57,119 nt of DNA from Gemmatales bacterium. GTDB taxonomy: Bacteria; Planctomycetota; Planctomycetia; Gemmatales; HRBIN36. The stretch covers positions 1-57,119 of the forward strand of contig JANWWR010000006.1 of assembly GCA_025055835.1 (NCBI GenBank), written 5' to 3'. The notes beneath the pieces are model-generated. The model was given only the letters and a program-made list of their open reading frames with translations. It was not told the origin of the DNA and ran no database searches. The position numbers and the translations under genes are program-made. Within the stretch, counting starts at the first letter, position 1, and each line of letters begins with the position of its first letter. Below, piece after piece: positions 9,381 to 20,822 of the stretch.

Positions 9381-9452
9381 AAGAACGGATGGGGCAAATC
9401 CTGCGGATTGCCGAGGAACGGCGTCAGTCGGCTCTTCCGACGGATTGCGGGG

Positions 9453-9842
9453 TCATTCGCGCCGCCAATCCAGGCGCGGGGCGTTGGCCCAAAGCTCCTC
9501 CAATTCGTAGTAGCTGCGGCACTGCGGATCGAAGACGTGGACGACCACGTCGCCGTAATCCAGCACAATCCATTTGCCGATTTCGTAGCCTTCGGTGCTG
9601 AGCTTGAATTCGCCTTCCTCGGCCATGGCCTTTTCGATCTCGTCGGCGATGGTGTGGGTCTGGCGTCGGCTCATGCCGGTGGCGATGACGAAGTAATCGT
9701 ACATCGTGGTGATTCCCCGCATGTCGAGTACCACGATGTCCGTGCCTTTGTTCTCGTCGGCGACCCGGGCACACAGGCAGGCGCGCCGCTGGGCCGCTTC
9801 CGAGAGACGGGATGCCATCCCGTTGGCTGCGAGCGTCTTCAA
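9453..9842 (-). CDS. rsfS: Ribosome silencing factor (Iojap)
   Basis: KGTDIVVLDM, DYFVIATG and WIVLDYGDVVVHVF...RSYYELEELW motifs; TTG start with AGGAGG RBS. Confidence 0.95.
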   Translation of the reverse strand: MKTLAANGMASRLSEAAQRRACLCARVADENKGTDIVVLDMRGITTMYDYFVIATGMSRRQTHTIADEIEKAMAEEGEFKLSTEGYEIGKWIVLDYGDVVVHVFDPQCRSYYELEELWANAPRLDWRRE

Positions 9843-10036
9843 CTAACTAACCTCCTTTCCTCGGGACAAGCCGCGAGGAGACGCTCGCCGGATTGGCCGT
9901 TTGCACAGGTTCAATCGCGCAGCACCTCCTCAACGGACGGGACAAGACGCCAGGAATTCATTTCAATCATCGGCCGCTGGGCCGTCGGCGTCAAGCGATT
10001 CCTATAGATTGTTAGAGAGGCCGAAGTCTTCCGGGG

Positions 10037-10600
10037 ATGCGGATCGTGTCAAGAATTTTCCTGACCTTGGCGGTTTTGAACGCTCTGGCCCTGGTGATGA
10101 GCACGGCGTTGGGGCTGGGTTTCATGGCCGAACGGGACGCCGGTGTCGCCGCTCCCGCCGGGCATCAACCCCTCACCTTCGGCTGGTTCGCCACGCACAT
10201 GGTCTTCGGCCTGCTGACGGCCGTGCTGACGCTGTTCGTCCACTGCCTCATCTTCACCTACTTCCTGGGCACGGGACGCTGGGTCAAGGAAGTGGCGAAA
10301 GCCTACCAGCTTCCCGATCACGATCTGCCGCGGCAGACGAGGGAGTTCAAGCGACAAGCGTTTCCTCCCGCGCTGTTTGCCATGTTGTCGGTGATCGGTG
10401 CCGTGGCCACGGGGGCAGGCGCCCAGACGACGCCGGAGTCGTTCTGGGGGCTGGCCCATCCCGTAATGGCCATGCTGGCGTTGGCACTCAACGGCTGGGC
10501 TTATGTCATCGAGTACCGCACCGTCGTCGCCAATGCGAAGGTGATGGATCAAGTCATGGACGAGGTGGAACGGCGTCGCGCTGCCGGGCAACTCGCTTGA
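10037..10600 (+). CDS. Hypothetical 4-TM membrane protein
   Basis: Four hydrophobic segments; HCLIFTYFLGTGRWVKE; several His residues inside membrane segments. Confidence 0.7.
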   Translation: MRIVSRIFLTLAVLNALALVMSTALGLGFMAERDAGVAAPAGHQPLTFGWFATHMVFGLLTAVLTLFVHCLIFTYFLGTGRWVKEVAKAYQLPDHDLPRQTREFKRQAFPPALFAMLSVIGAVATGAGAQTTPESFWGLAHPVMAMLALALNGWAYVIEYRTVVANAKVMDQVMDEVERRRAAGQLA

Positions 10601-10616
10601 TCGGCGTGGGTCGTCC

Positions 10617-11618
10617 TCAGCCGAGAGCGACGGCGATGGCTTCGGCCATCTGCTCCGTGGTGGCGGTTCCGCCCAGGTCCGGCGTCAGGGTTTTCCGCTC
10701 GGTCAGCACGGTTTCGACGGCTCGGCGAATCCGCTGGACGGCGTCGCTTTGTCCCAGGTCTGTCAGCATTTCCAAAGCGGGCATGAGCAGCGGCAGCGGA
10801 TTGGCCCGCCCAGGTCCGATGGCTTCCCGCGATGCGCCGTGGATCGCCTCGTACACCCGGATGCCGTCGCCGTGGTTGATCCCGACCGCCGCCGAGATTC
10901 CGCCGATCAGCCCGACTCCCAGATCGCTCAGCAGATCGCCATACAGATTGCCCGTCGCCAGCACCTCGAACTGGTGCGGCCGGGACACCAGCTGCATGCA
11001 GCAGTTATCCACGATCATTTCCTTGGTCTGAATGTCGGGATACTGGCGGGCTGTCTGGCGGAAGATGTCGAGAAAGAGGCCGTCGGCGAGCTTGAGGATG
11101 TTCGCCTTGTGAACGCAGTGAATGCTTTTGCGGCCCTGTTGGCGGGCCAGGCGGAAGGTGAAATCGAAAAAGCGGCGGCAAGCGGCCTCGGTGACGATCT
11201 TCAGGCTCTGCACCACGCCGGGGACGATCTCATGCTCAATGGAGCTGTACAGGTCCTCGGTGATTTCCCGGACCAGCAGGATATCCACGTTCCTGAATCG
11301 CGAGGCAAGTCCGGGCACATTCCGCAGCGGTCGCACCGAGACGAACAGGCCCAGGTGCCGACGCAGTTCGATGTTGAAATTCGGAAAGCGCTCCGGGTCG
11401 GGGCAGAGCAGTTTGGTCTTCAGGGCGATTCCGTGCTGCCGAACAGCGTCGAGCAATGCGGGAGGGATCGGCGAAAGACCCTTCTCGATGGCGGCCTGAC
11501 CAGCCTCGAAGACGAGCCATTCGATTTGAGCGCCGGCGGCCTCGAAGATGCGCCGCAAGGCCGCCTCTTGATCGACCCCGGCACCGCCACCCTGGATGAA
11601 AACCACCCGCGGAACCAT
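10617..11618 (-). CDS. Isocitrate/isopropylmalate dehydrogenase family protein (IDH3-like)
   Basis: HKANILK, IVDN, NLYGDLLSD, EAIHG, ANP and TPDLGG motifs; ATG 11618 follows GAGGAGG. Confidence 0.85.
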   Translation of the reverse strand: MVPRVVFIQGGGAGVDQEAALRRIFEAAGAQIEWLVFEAGQAAIEKGLSPIPPALLDAVRQHGIALKTKLLCPDPERFPNFNIELRRHLGLFVSVRPLRNVPGLASRFRNVDILLVREITEDLYSSIEHEIVPGVVQSLKIVTEAACRRFFDFTFRLARQQGRKSIHCVHKANILKLADGLFLDIFRQTARQYPDIQTKEMIVDNCCMQLVSRPHQFEVLATGNLYGDLLSDLGVGLIGGISAAVGINHGDGIRVYEAIHGASREAIGPGRANPLPLLMPALEMLTDLGQSDAVQRIRRAVETVLTERKTLTPDLGGTATTEQMAEAIAVALG

Positions 11619-11766
11619 GACCTGACTTGCCTCCTCGGATTCGACGCTGCCATTGTACGGGACGATCAGGCCGACGCCGTTGGGCCATTGCGGTTGTCTC
11701 GCCATTGCGGACAGCGGTTGCCCCAAGTAGCGTTAACAGGGAAGTTCCGGGCTGGGGAGGTTGCCA

Positions 11767-12729
11767 ATGCCGGTGGACGTTGCGGCGGTGGGATCGAAGA
11801 TCATCGCCAACATGGAAAAGGTGATTCTGGGCAAGCGGCAGCAGATGGTACTGACGCTCGTGGCCTTCCTGGCCGAGGGGCACGTCCTTCTCGAGGACGT
11901 GCCCGGCGTGGCCAAGACGATGCTGGCGCGGGCCTTGGCCCGCAGCGTCGGCTGCACCTTCAAGCGCGTCCAATGCACGCCGGACCTGCTGCCCACGGAC
12001 ATCACCGGGGCTTCGATTTTCAACCAGAAGACGGGCGAATTCGAGTTTCGCCCCGGTCCTATCTTCGCCCAGATCGTCCTGACCGACGAAATCAATCGAG
12101 CCACGCCGCGGACGCAATCCGCCCTCCTGGAAGCGATGGCTGAGGGCAAGGTCACGGTGGACGGCCAGACCTACGAACTGAAGCCACCGTTCTTCGTCAT
12201 CGCCACGCAGAATCCCATCGACCACGAAGGCACCTTTCCCCTGCCCGAGGCACAGTTGGACCGCTTTCTGATCCGTCTCAGTCTCGGCTATCCGACGCTG
12301 GAGGAAGAAAGCAAGATGCTCGACCGGCTCCAGCGGAGCCATCCGATTGAAGAGTTGACACCCGTGGCCTCAGCGGCGGAGATCATCGCCTGCCAGAAGG
12401 CCATCCGGGAAACCTACGTGGACGAGAAGGTGAAGAAGTACGTCCTCGACATCGTTCATGCGAGCCGAAAGCATGACGACATTCAATTAGGAGGGAGTCC
12501 ACGGGCTTCGATTGCCCTGTTCCGCACTTCGCAAGCCCTGGCCGCCCTGCGTGGTCGGAACTTCGTTCTTCCCGATGATGTCAAGCGTTTGGCCCCGGCC
12601 GTGTTGGGTCATCGCCTCATCCTCCGCCCCGAAAGCCGACTGCGAAAGAAGACCACCGCTCAGATCGTCGAGGAAATTCTCGCCGAGGTGCCGGTGCCGC
12701 TTGCCGCCGCGGAGGGCCGTACCGCATGA
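11767..12729 (+). CDS. MoxR family AAA+ ATPase
   Basis: [37 protein letters not shown] and ATQNP...[14 protein letters not shown] motifs. Confidence 0.95.
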   Translation: MPVDVAAVGSKIIANMEKVILGKRQQMVLTLVAFLAEGHVLLEDVPGVAKTMLARALARSVGCTFKRVQCTPDLLPTDITGASIFNQKTGEFEFRPGPIFAQIVLTDEINRATPRTQSALLEAMAEGKVTVDGQTYELKPPFFVIATQNPIDHEGTFPLPEAQLDRFLIRLSLGYPTLEEESKMLDRLQRSHPIEELTPVASAAEIIACQKAIRETYVDEKVKKYVLDIVHASRKHDDIQLGGSPRASIALFRTSQALAALRGRNFVLPDDVKRLAPAVLGHRLILRPESRLRKKTTAQIVEEILAEVPVPLAAAEGRTA

Positions 12730-14033
12730 GGTGGTACGTCGTTTTGGGCCTGCTGATCGTCGCCGCCCTGGTTCTCCAGATGGGGCTGCTCGTGTACGCC
12801 CTGTCCGTCCTGCTGGCGATCCTGCTGCTGAGCCGTTATCTGGCCAATCATGGCATCGAGAATCTGCACGTCGAACGGCAATGCGTCGGCGAATCGGCCC
12901 GGGTCGGTGACGTGCTCACGGTGCGTGTGACCGTTACCAATCGCGGAAAACTCCCCCTCCCCTGGGTGCTGATCGAGGATGTGCTGCCTCCCAAGGCGAT
13001 TCTTCAGAGGCCACCTCGGCTCAAGGTTGAAGGGCGGCGCATCCGCATCGCCATGCTGAGCAGTGGCAAGACGACGACGCTGCGCTACGAGATCACCTTT
13101 GCCATGCGCGGCTACTATCAGATCGGTCCGGTGCTTTTGGAAACCGGAGACCTGTTTGGTTTCTACCGCCGCTATCGCATCGGAGCGGCTCCGCATTTTG
13201 TCCTCGTGGTGCCCAAGCCGGTGCCGATGAGCGGGTACGACCTCGCCTCGCGGCGGCCGATCGGCGAGATTCGCCTGCTGCACAAACTGTACGAAGATCC
13301 GACCCGCATCGCCGGGGTTCGGCTGTATCAGACCGGCGATCCGCTCAACCGCGTCCATTGGCGAGCGACCGCCCGGACCATGACGCTGCACAGCAAGGTC
13401 TATGAGCCGAGCACGATCGCCGGCGGAACCATCGTCCTCGATCTGCACCGTGACGCTTACCCAGCACGCGGGGAACCGTATCGGTCGGAACTGGCCGTGA
13501 CGGCCGCAGCTTCGCTGGCCAACACGCTGTGCCAACTGAACCAGCAGGTCGGCCTCATCACCAACGGCCGCGACGCCGCTGAGCGCATCCGGCTTGAAGG
13601 TTGGGAGGGCGACTATCGCACTCGTCGAGCCGCCCGACAGGAAGCGGTCGAGGAACAGACCAGCGACCGCTTGCAACCGCTGGTCGTCGAGACGCGCCGA
13701 AGTGCCGAACAACTTCAGCGGATTCTCGAAACTCTGGGCCGGGTTGAACTGACCGATGGTCTGCGTTTTCCCGATCTGGTTTTTGAAACCAGCCACCGGA
13801 TGCCCCGGGATGCCACGGTGATCGCCGTGCTCGGCTCCGTTCCGCCCGAAATTGCATTAACGCTGGGCAATCTTTGCCGTCAAGGCTACGCCGTCACCGC
13901 AATTTTGGTGCTTTTCGAGGACAAAGCCCGCGAGGTCGCCTTGGCCCGTCTGCTTCAGGAAGGCGTCGAAGTTCGCCATTTCCAGAACGAAGAGGAACTA
14001 AGCCGACTTTGCGAACGGGTATTAATCCACTAA
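12726..14033 (+). CDS. DUF58 family protein with N-terminal TM hairpin
   Basis: RGYYQIGP...GDLFG and [20 protein letters not shown] motifs; overlaps the MoxR stop. Confidence 0.88.
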   Translation: MRWYVVLGLLIVAALVLQMGLLVYALSVLLAILLLSRYLANHGIENLHVERQCVGESARVGDVLTVRVTVTNRGKLPLPWVLIEDVLPPKAILQRPPRLKVEGRRIRIAMLSSGKTTTLRYEITFAMRGYYQIGPVLLETGDLFGFYRRYRIGAAPHFVLVVPKPVPMSGYDLASRRPIGEIRLLHKLYEDPTRIAGVRLYQTGDPLNRVHWRATARTMTLHSKVYEPSTIAGGTIVLDLHRDAYPARGEPYRSELAVTAAASLANTLCQLNQQVGLITNGRDAAERIRLEGWEGDYRTRRAARQEAVEEQTSDRLQPLVVETRRSAEQLQRILETLGRVELTDGLRFPDLVFETSHRMPRDATVIAVLGSVPPEIALTLGNLCRQGYAVTAILVLFEDKAREVALARLLQEGVEVRHFQNEEELSRLCERVLIH

Positions 14034-14180
14034 ACCGGGCGTCAACGAGGATCCAGCCATAAAACCCCTGGGAGGCTTGTGTAAATCCCAGCCAAACGCT
14101 TTGGAAAAGTGATCTATAATTTACAGGTAATTTCGGGCAGGAGACTGCCACCGAGTCCAGAACGTGAGGGGATCACGCCC

Positions 14181-16973
14181 GTGTTTCTCTGGAGACGCCT
14201 CTCTCTGCAAACTCGTCTGACCCTGCTTTTGGCGACAACGGCCGGGGCAGCGGTCCTCATTGCCAGCACGATCATCGTCTTCAATGGATTAAGGACGCTC
14301 CGGCAAACGCTCGTGGATCGGCTCCACGCCGAGGCCAAGACCTTCGGTGCCCAGTCAGCGACTTCTCTGAAGCATGGCGATCCCGAAGCAGCCGCCCAGG
14401 AACTCGCCACTCTCGAAGCCGAACCGATCATCATGGCTGTCCGCATTTTCACGCCGGATGGCAAAGTGTTTGCTGAGTATCGCCGCAGAAATGTTATGCC
14501 CTTAGAAAACGAAACCGATGTCACCCCCGGCCCCCGCTTCACGGCCAACGGCTACCTGGACTACTTTGAGCGGATCGAACGCCGAGGCGAATTCCTGGGC
14601 ACGTTGCAGTTGCGAGCGTCCCTGGAATTGTTGAACCGTCAAATGATGGGCTGCGTGGTGGCCGTGGCGCTTGTGGTTCTGGCCACCGTCCTGGTCTGCT
14701 TCCTCGCGGGGGCCTTTTTGCAGCGCATCATCACCAAACCGATCCTGGCATTGGCTGACACCGCGCGAAAGATTTCCGAGAAGCAGGATTATTCCCTGCG
14801 GGTCGAAACCTGCGGCTGCGACGATGAGATCAGCCAGATGTGCCGCACCTTCAACGAGATGATCGCCCAGATCGAGAAACGCGATCGGGAATTGGAGAAG
14901 CATCGGCATCATCTCGAGGAACTGGTCGCAGCCCGCACCGCCGACCTCGAGATCAAGACCCGCGAGGCTCAAGCCGCCTCCATCGCCAAGAGCGAATTCC
15001 TGGCGAACATGAGCCACGAGATTCGCACGCCGATGAACGGCATCCTTGGCATGACCGAACTGGCCCTGGGCACCGACCTGACGCCGGAACAGCGTGAATA
15101 CCTCGAAATGGTCAAGTTGTCAGCCGAGTCGCTGTTGACGATCATCAACGACATCCTTGACTTCACCAAGATCGAAGCCCGCAAGCTGGAACTGGACCCG
15201 GTGGACTTCGATGTCCGCGAAACCCTTGGCGACGCTATCAAGCCGCTGGCCCTGCGTGCCCATGAGAAAGGTCTGGAACTGGCCGTGGACATCGCCCCGG
15301 ATGTGCCGGAGGTCGTTCACGGCGACCCGGTGCGGCTGCGTCAAGTCGTCATCAATCTGGTTGGGAACGCTATCAAGTTCACGCAGCAGGGCGAAGTCGT
15401 CGTCCGGGTGACCACCGTGCATCGGCCACCCTCCGAGGACGGCGTGCCAAAGTCCCGTCTGACCGAGCCATTTGAACCGTCGGTCCCAAGCGAGGATTCG
15501 ATTGTTCTGCACTTCTCGGTGCGTGACACCGGCATTGGCATTCCCAAGGACAAATTGCAACTGATCTTCGAGCCGTTCAGCCAGGCCGATGGTTCGACGA
15601 CACGGCGGTTCGGCGGCACCGGGCTGGGTTTGACCATCAGCCAGCGGCTTGTGGAGATGATGGGCGGCAGGATTCACGTCGAAAGCGAGGTCGGCAAAGG
15701 CTCGGTGTTCAGCTTCTCGGCCGTGTTCCGCAAGCCGCAAGGCCAGCCGTTGCGCCGGCCGCGTCCGGCACGCGCCACCGTGCTGGAGAATATGGCCGTT
15801 CTCGTCGTCGATGACAACGCCACCAATCGCCGGATTCTTGAGGAAACTCTGCGAAGCTGGCGGATGAAGCCCACCTGCGTGGACGGAGCGGCCAGTGCCT
15901 TGGAGGCTCTCGACCGCGCCGCGGCCGAGGGCTGGAGTTATCGCCTCATTCTGCTCGACTGCATGATGCCGGAAACGGACGGTTTCCAGCTGGTCGAACT
16001 CATCCGTCAGCGTCCCAATGCACCGCGGGCAGCAATCATGATGCTCTCCAGCGCCCACGGCGTGGAATTCGCTGAGCGATGCCGACAACTTGGCCTGGCT
16101 GCTTACCTGATGAAGCCGGTCAAGCAGTCCGAATTGCTCGATGCTATTCTCAATGCCCTGGGTCTGTCCGTGGAGCGACGCACCGAAGCCCTCAGCGACC
16201 AAGGGCCACGTCTGGAGAGCCTGAAGATTCTGCTGGCGGAGGACAATCCCGTCAATCAACGGCTCATGGTCCGGTTGCTGGAAAAGGACGGGCATCATGT
16301 CACCCTGGCGAAGAATGGCCGCGAGGCGGTCGCCGCTCACGAACGGGATCAATTCGACGTGATCCTGATGGACTTGCAGATGCCGGAGATGGGCGGCATC
16401 GAAGCGATGAAGCTGATCCGGGAACGGGAAGCCACCAGCGGGAAACGGACGCCGATCATCGCTCTGACTGCTCATGCCCTCAAGGGCGACCGCGAAAAAT
16501 GCCTCGAAGCGGGCATGGATGGTTACGTTTCCAAACCGGTGCAACCAGCCGCCCTGCGAGCCGAGATCGCCCGGGTTCTGGGAAGCGACGCTGAGCAACC
16601 CGCTGAAGCCGAGAATGAATGCGGCACGCCGATTCTGGATCTGGACACCGTCCTGGAACGGCTCGACGGCGACACACAGTTGCTTGAAGAGCTTTTGACC
16701 CTGCTGCTTCAGGATGCACGGCAGGATTTGGAGAGGCTGCGGGCCGAAGTGCCTGCCCGCAACAGCGAGGAGGTGCGGCGCATCGCCCATCGTCTCAAGG
16801 GGGCCTTCTCCAGCCTGTGTGTGGAACGGGCCGCTCAAGCGACCCGGGAGATCGAACAAGCCGTTCGGGATGGCCAATGGGACGCCGTCGCCAGACACGT
16901 CGAAATCTTGGAGCAGGCGGTCAACGACCTCGAAACGGAGTACCGCCAACTGCACACCGCCGCCACGGCTTGA
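14181..16973 (+). CDS. Hybrid sensor histidine kinase (TM-sensor-TM-HAMP-HisKA-HATPase-REC-REC-Hpt)
   Basis: [31 protein letters not shown] and GGTGLGL motifs; two receiver domains (LDCMMP, MDLQMP); AHRLKGA Hpt; start uncertain (14109 or 14181). Confidence 0.93.
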   Translation: MFLWRRLSLQTRLTLLLATTAGAAVLIASTIIVFNGLRTLRQTLVDRLHAEAKTFGAQSATSLKHGDPEAAAQELATLEAEPIIMAVRIFTPDGKVFAEYRRRNVMPLENETDVTPGPRFTANGYLDYFERIERRGEFLGTLQLRASLELLNRQMMGCVVAVALVVLATVLVCFLAGAFLQRIITKPILALADTARKISEKQDYSLRVETCGCDDEISQMCRTFNEMIAQIEKRDRELEKHRHHLEELVAARTADLEIKTREAQAASIAKSEFLANMSHEIRTPMNGILGMTELALGTDLTPEQREYLEMVKLSAESLLTIINDILDFTKIEARKLELDPVDFDVRETLGDAIKPLALRAHEKGLELAVDIAPDVPEVVHGDPVRLRQVVINLVGNAIKFTQQGEVVVRVTTVHRPPSEDGVPKSRLTEPFEPSVPSEDSIVLHFSVRDTGIGIPKDKLQLIFEPFSQADGSTTRRFGGTGLGLTISQRLVEMMGGRIHVESEVGKGSVFSFSAVFRKPQGQPLRRPRPARATVLENMAVLVVDDNATNRRILEETLRSWRMKPTCVDGAASALEALDRAAAEGWSYRLILLDCMMPETDGFQLVELIRQRPNAPRAAIMMLSSAHGVEFAERCRQLGLAAYLMKPVKQSELLDAILNALGLSVERRTEALSDQGPRLESLKILLAEDNPVNQRLMVRLLEKDGHHVTLAKNGREAVAAHERDQFDVILMDLQMPEMGGIEAMKLIREREATSGKRTPIIALTAHALKGDREKCLEAGMDGYVSKPVQPAALRAEIARVLGSDAEQPAEAENECGTPILDLDTVLERLDGDTQLLEELLTLLLQDARQDLERLRAEVPARNSEEVRRIAHRLKGAFSSLCVERAAQATREIEQAVRDGQWDAVARHVEILEQAVNDLETEYRQLHTAATA

Positions 16974-17008
16974 TCTTCCGCCGACGCAGCCTCATTGACA
17001 CCGGCTTG

Positions 17009-18364
17009 TCAATCCGGGGAACTTCGGGACGCAGGCCCCTCCGGCACAATCCGGCCAATGCCAAAGTAAGTGAAGCCATACTCCCGCACTGCCATGGGAT
17101 CGTAGAGATTGCGGCCGTCGAAGATCACCGGCTGCCGCATGAGCCGTCGCATGAGTTCGAAGTCGGGGTTGCGAAACTCCTGCCACTCGGTGACGATGAC
17201 CAACCCATCAGACCCTTCCAACGCTCCGTAAGGCCGGTCGCAGTAGATGAGCCGGTCGCCGTAGATCGCCCGGACGTTGTTCATCGCCTCGGGATCGTGA
17301 ACCCGCAGGGCCACTCCCTCGCGGAGCATGTCTTCGATCAGAACCAGTGACGGAGCCTCGCGGATGTCGTCGGTGCGGGGCTTGAAGGACAGGCCCCAGA
17401 CGGCCAAGGTCTTCCCCTTCAAGCTGTCTCCGTAGAAAGCCCGAATCTTGTTTCCCAGCACTCGTTTCTGGGCTTCGTTGACGGCCAGCACGCTCTCGAC
17501 GATGCGGGCTGACATGCCGTTGGCCCGCGCCATGGCGATCAGTGCCTGCACATCCTTCGGGAAACAACTGCCGCCCCAGCCCGGACCCGGGAAAAGAAAC
17601 TGGAAGCCAATGCGGACGTCGTGGCCGATTCCCCGGCGAACGTCATTGATGTCCGCGCCCATCCGCTCGCACAGGTTGGCCATCTCGTTGATGAAGCTGA
17701 TTTTGGTCGCCAGCATGGCGTTGGCAACGTACTTGGTCATTTCAGCGCTTTCCGGGGTCATGACCAGGAACGGCCGTTCGGTCCGCAGAAACGGAGCGTA
17801 CAGGTCCCGCAGTGTCTGCTCGGCATAGCGGGTGCGGACGCCGACGACGACGCGATCCGGCTTCATGAAGTCCTCGACCGCGCTGCCTTCCTTGAGGAAT
17901 TCGGGGTTGCTGGCCACGTCGAAACGATTCTGAGTCCGCTGCGAGAGGCGTTCCTGGAGGCGTCGGTTGGTGCCGACGGGAACGGTGCTTTTGAGCACGA
18001 TCAGCAGCGGGGTGGTGCGTGAACTGCCACGGTTGAGGTAGTCGGCGATCTCATCGGCGACAGCCCACACGCTGCCGAGATCGGCCGAGCCATCATCGCC
18101 CTGCGGCGTACCGACACAGATGAAGACGATACGGGCTTTTTCCAGGGCATTGCTCATCGTGGTGCTGAAGTGCAGCCGATCCTCCTTGCGATTGCGCTGC
18201 ACCAGTTCGAGCAGGCCGGGTTCGTAGATGGGCAGGCGGCCCGATTCAAGCACGGCGATCTTGCGGGCGTCCTTGTCCACGCAGGTGACTTCGTTGCCGC
18301 TCTCGGCCAGACAGGTGCCCGTGACCAGTCCGACGTAACCGGTGCCGATGACGACGATACGCAT
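17009..18364 (-). CDS. ugd: UDP-glucose 6-dehydrogenase
   Basis: [30 protein letters not shown] and [10 protein letters not shown] motifs. Confidence 0.93.
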   Translation of the reverse strand: MRIVVIGTGYVGLVTGTCLAESGNEVTCVDKDARKIAVLESGRLPIYEPGLLELVQRNRKEDRLHFSTTMSNALEKARIVFICVGTPQGDDGSADLGSVWAVADEIADYLNRGSSRTTPLLIVLKSTVPVGTNRRLQERLSQRTQNRFDVASNPEFLKEGSAVEDFMKPDRVVVGVRTRYAEQTLRDLYAPFLRTERPFLVMTPESAEMTKYVANAMLATKISFINEMANLCERMGADINDVRRGIGHDVRIGFQFLFPGPGWGGSCFPKDVQALIAMARANGMSARIVESVLAVNEAQKRVLGNKIRAFYGDSLKGKTLAVWGLSFKPRTDDIREAPSLVLIEDMLREGVALRVHDPEAMNNVRAIYGDRLIYCDRPYGALEGSDGLVIVTEWQEFRNPDFELMRRLMRQPVIFDGRNLYDPMAVREYGFTYFGIGRIVPEGPASRSSPD

Positions 18365-18592
18365 GGCTTCCTCGTCCGCTTGGGAGTGCCGGAACGTATT
18401 GTCGAATTACGGAACCGATGCCGCACGGCAACGGCCGACAGGACATCGCCGACATTTCACGGCGGCTTTCGACGACTTTCATCCCGTCGTCACTTCCCCT
18501 GAAGCGTTTACCGCGTATAGTGATGCCGAAGTCGGTTGTATCCGACAGATACCCGTCTCGCTGATGGAAACATTGTCCCAAGGAGAATCACG

Positions 18593-19354
18593 ATGTCAGG
18601 GCACACTAGTTTCAGAAGCTTCGTGTCCGTTGCCGCCGTGCTCTTGGCGGCCCTCTCCTCGGCCTATGCCGACGACGCCGTCGAGGCCCGTAAGATCATC
18701 GAACGGGCCATCGAGGCCAGCGGCATGGAAAAATTCGCCAAGGACACCGGCACGACGTTAAAGGGCAAAGGCACCCTTAATCTCATGGGAGCGATGGTCC
18801 CCTTCACGATGACCGGCTACTTCCAGATGCCCGACAAGTCCCGTGGGGAGATTCACATCGACGTGATGGGCCAGCAGCTTGAGATCATCAACATCTTCAA
18901 CAAAGACAAAGGCTGGGTCAAAATCGCCGACAATGTCATCGAGATGGCACAGGACCAGATCGACGAGGCCAAGGACTCCACTTACAACACTTATATCACC
19001 AGCCTCTTACCCCTGCGGGAACCGACGTATCAGCTTTCCACGCTGGGCACCACCAAGGAAAACGGCATGGAACTGGTCGGCGTCCTGGTCAAGGCCAAGG
19101 ACAAGCCCGACGTAAAACTCTGGTTCGACAGCAAGACGAGGCTTCTGGTCAAGACTCAGATGAAGACCAAGGACGGCACCACCGGCCAGGAAGTGAACGA
19201 AGAATCCTATCTGTCTGATTATCGCAACTCGAAGGGAGCGAAGATCGCCTTCAAATACAAGACCCTGCGCGACGGCAAGGTTCTACTCGAAGCGGAATTA
19301 GAGTCTTGGGAATCGGTACCCAAGCATCCCGATTCGCTGTTCGAGAAGCCTTGA
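18593..19354 (+). CDS. Exported hypothetical protein (beta-rich, possibly LolA-like fold)
   Basis: Signal peptide ending AYA-DD; AGGAGA RBS; LWFDSKTRLLVK and DSLFEKP C-terminus. Confidence 0.7.
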   Translation: MSGHTSFRSFVSVAAVLLAALSSAYADDAVEARKIIERAIEASGMEKFAKDTGTTLKGKGTLNLMGAMVPFTMTGYFQMPDKSRGEIHIDVMGQQLEIINIFNKDKGWVKIADNVIEMAQDQIDEAKDSTYNTYITSLLPLREPTYQLSTLGTTKENGMELVGVLVKAKDKPDVKLWFDSKTRLLVKTQMKTKDGTTGQEVNEESYLSDYRNSKGAKIAFKYKTLRDGKVLLEAELESWESVPKHPDSLFEKP

Positions 19355-19381
19355 CGACATCCTGCTGATCTTGAGAAGCCC

Positions 19382-19419
19382 AAAGGCCCGGAATTCCCTC
19401 AACGGGAATCCGGGCCTTT
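19382..19419. terminator. Probable bidirectional intrinsic terminator
   Basis: Long inverted repeat AAAGGCCCGGAATTCCC-TCAAC-GGGAATCCGGGCCTTT between convergent genes. Confidence 0.75.
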
Positions 19420-19456
19420 CTGTTGTCGTGCGCCATTTTGCCGATAGGCGAGATAA

Positions 19457-20773
19457 TCAGGTGAGATTCAGAGGTCCTCCGCCACAGTAGTCTGGATTGC
19501 CAAAGCGTTCGATGCGGTGTCCGAAGCCGTGAGCCAAGGCCATCAGCAGGCGATTGTGAGGCACTCGCTTGAGCTTCAACGACCGCCCCATCTTGAAGTC
19601 CAGACCATTGCCAACCATTACGAACGGCGTGTTATCCAGCGTATGCGAGTTGCCTTCGCCCAGTTCGTTGGTCCAGACGATCAGCGTGTTGTCGAGCAGG
19701 GTGCCCTCGCCGCCCGGCTCCGGCGTGCTGGCCAGTCTTTCCGCCAGGTAAGCGATCTGCTCGGCGAACCAGCGATTGATCCGGGTGAGCTTGTCCGTGG
19801 CTTCCTTGTTGGAGAACGGCTCGTGAGACAGTTCGTGATGCCCCTCGTTGACGCCGATCCACCGCATCTTGGCCTGTCCGACCGAATTTGTGTACTGGAG
19901 CGTGGCGATTCGGGCGAAGTCGTTCACAAAGCTGTTGACCAGCAGGTCCATCTGCATCCGGCTGATGCGGGGCATGTTGTCGTTTTCTTCGCGGATACCC
20001 GGCTCCAGTTCGGGAAGGGCGTGACCGGCCTTGGCCTCGGCGTCCGCCTTGAGTTCCTGTTCCAGCTGGCGGACAAAGCCGGCGTGTTCTTCGAGCAGGC
20101 GGCGGTCGGCGGCGCTGACGGCCTGGCTGACCTTCTTCAGGTCTTCCTGGACCTCATCGAGGACGCTGGCCAACGCCGCGCGGTCCTTGGTCCGACCGTA
20201 GAGCTTGCGGAACATCTGGTACGGATCATCGATCGGGGAGACGGGCTTGTTCGGCCCGGCATAGACCATCCGCGTCCAAGTATCGGCCCGCTCCGGCACC
20301 AGGACGCCGAACTCCAATGAGCCGAAGCGCGTGCGGGTTGCGGGGTCGGCCTGAAGGAAGTTCTTGATCTCCTGGTCGATAGAAATGCCGGAGGCCCAAC
20401 CGGCCGGTGTGTGCGATCCGCCCTGGATGTTACCCGGGAACAACTCGATGCCGGTCAGCAGGCAGCCGATGCCCCGCATGTGATTGTCGCCGTCGCCGCG
20501 GACCTTGTCGCAGACGCCGTGCAGGATCAGCATCCGATTCTTGAACGGTTCCAGCGGCTTCAGGCTTTCCTTGAGGGTGAACTCGGTCCCTTCCTCGTCG
20601 GGCCAGAAGGTCATGGGCACGACGCCGTTGGGAGAGAAAACGATAACCAGACGCTGCTTCCGCCGGGTCTGGTTGGCAAAGCCGAGGCTGGGCAGGTTGA
20701 GAATGAACGGCAGACTGGCCGCTCCAAGTCCCAGCGTGCGGATGAACTCCCGTCGGGATGTGATCTGCGTCAT
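19457..20773 (-). CDS. DUF1552 (HXXSHH-type) family protein with Tat signal
   Basis: SRREFIR twin-arginine signal; FSPNG, SIDQ, GHHELSH, TLLDNT and GNSH motifs. Confidence 0.85.
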   Translation of the reverse strand: MTQITSRREFIRTLGLGAASLPFILNLPSLGFANQTRRKQRLVIVFSPNGVVPMTFWPDEEGTEFTLKESLKPLEPFKNRMLILHGVCDKVRGDGDNHMRGIGCLLTGIELFPGNIQGGSHTPAGWASGISIDQEIKNFLQADPATRTRFGSLEFGVLVPERADTWTRMVYAGPNKPVSPIDDPYQMFRKLYGRTKDRAALASVLDEVQEDLKKVSQAVSAADRRLLEEHAGFVRQLEQELKADAEAKAGHALPELEPGIREENDNMPRISRMQMDLLVNSFVNDFARIATLQYTNSVGQAKMRWIGVNEGHHELSHEPFSNKEATDKLTRINRWFAEQIAYLAERLASTPEPGGEGTLLDNTLIVWTNELGEGNSHTLDNTPFVMVGNGLDFKMGRSLKLKRVPHNRLLMALAHGFGHRIERFGNPDYCGGGPLNLT

Positions 20774-20822
20774 GGTCCGGTTCTCCTCTCTTGGGCGATC
20801 CTCATGTCCGAGCAGATTCAGT

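Noticed and set aside
9296-9452. Purine or ZTP riboswitch upstream of purE
   Set aside because: Hairpins are present but I could not find the conserved aptamer motifs, and the -10 box adjacent to the ATG implies this region is not in the purE leader. An Rfam scan would settle it.
15120-16955. Long antisense ORFs (also 1146-2528, 10749-12143, 39641-41194, 43942-45384, 47832-50024)
   Set aside because: They mirror well-supported genes on the opposite strand, show no recognisable motifs and are expected from GC-rich codon bias.
18430-18500. Short GAC(A)TTTCA-like repeats between ugd and the exported protein gene
   Set aside because: They are short and degenerate, and compatible with chance.
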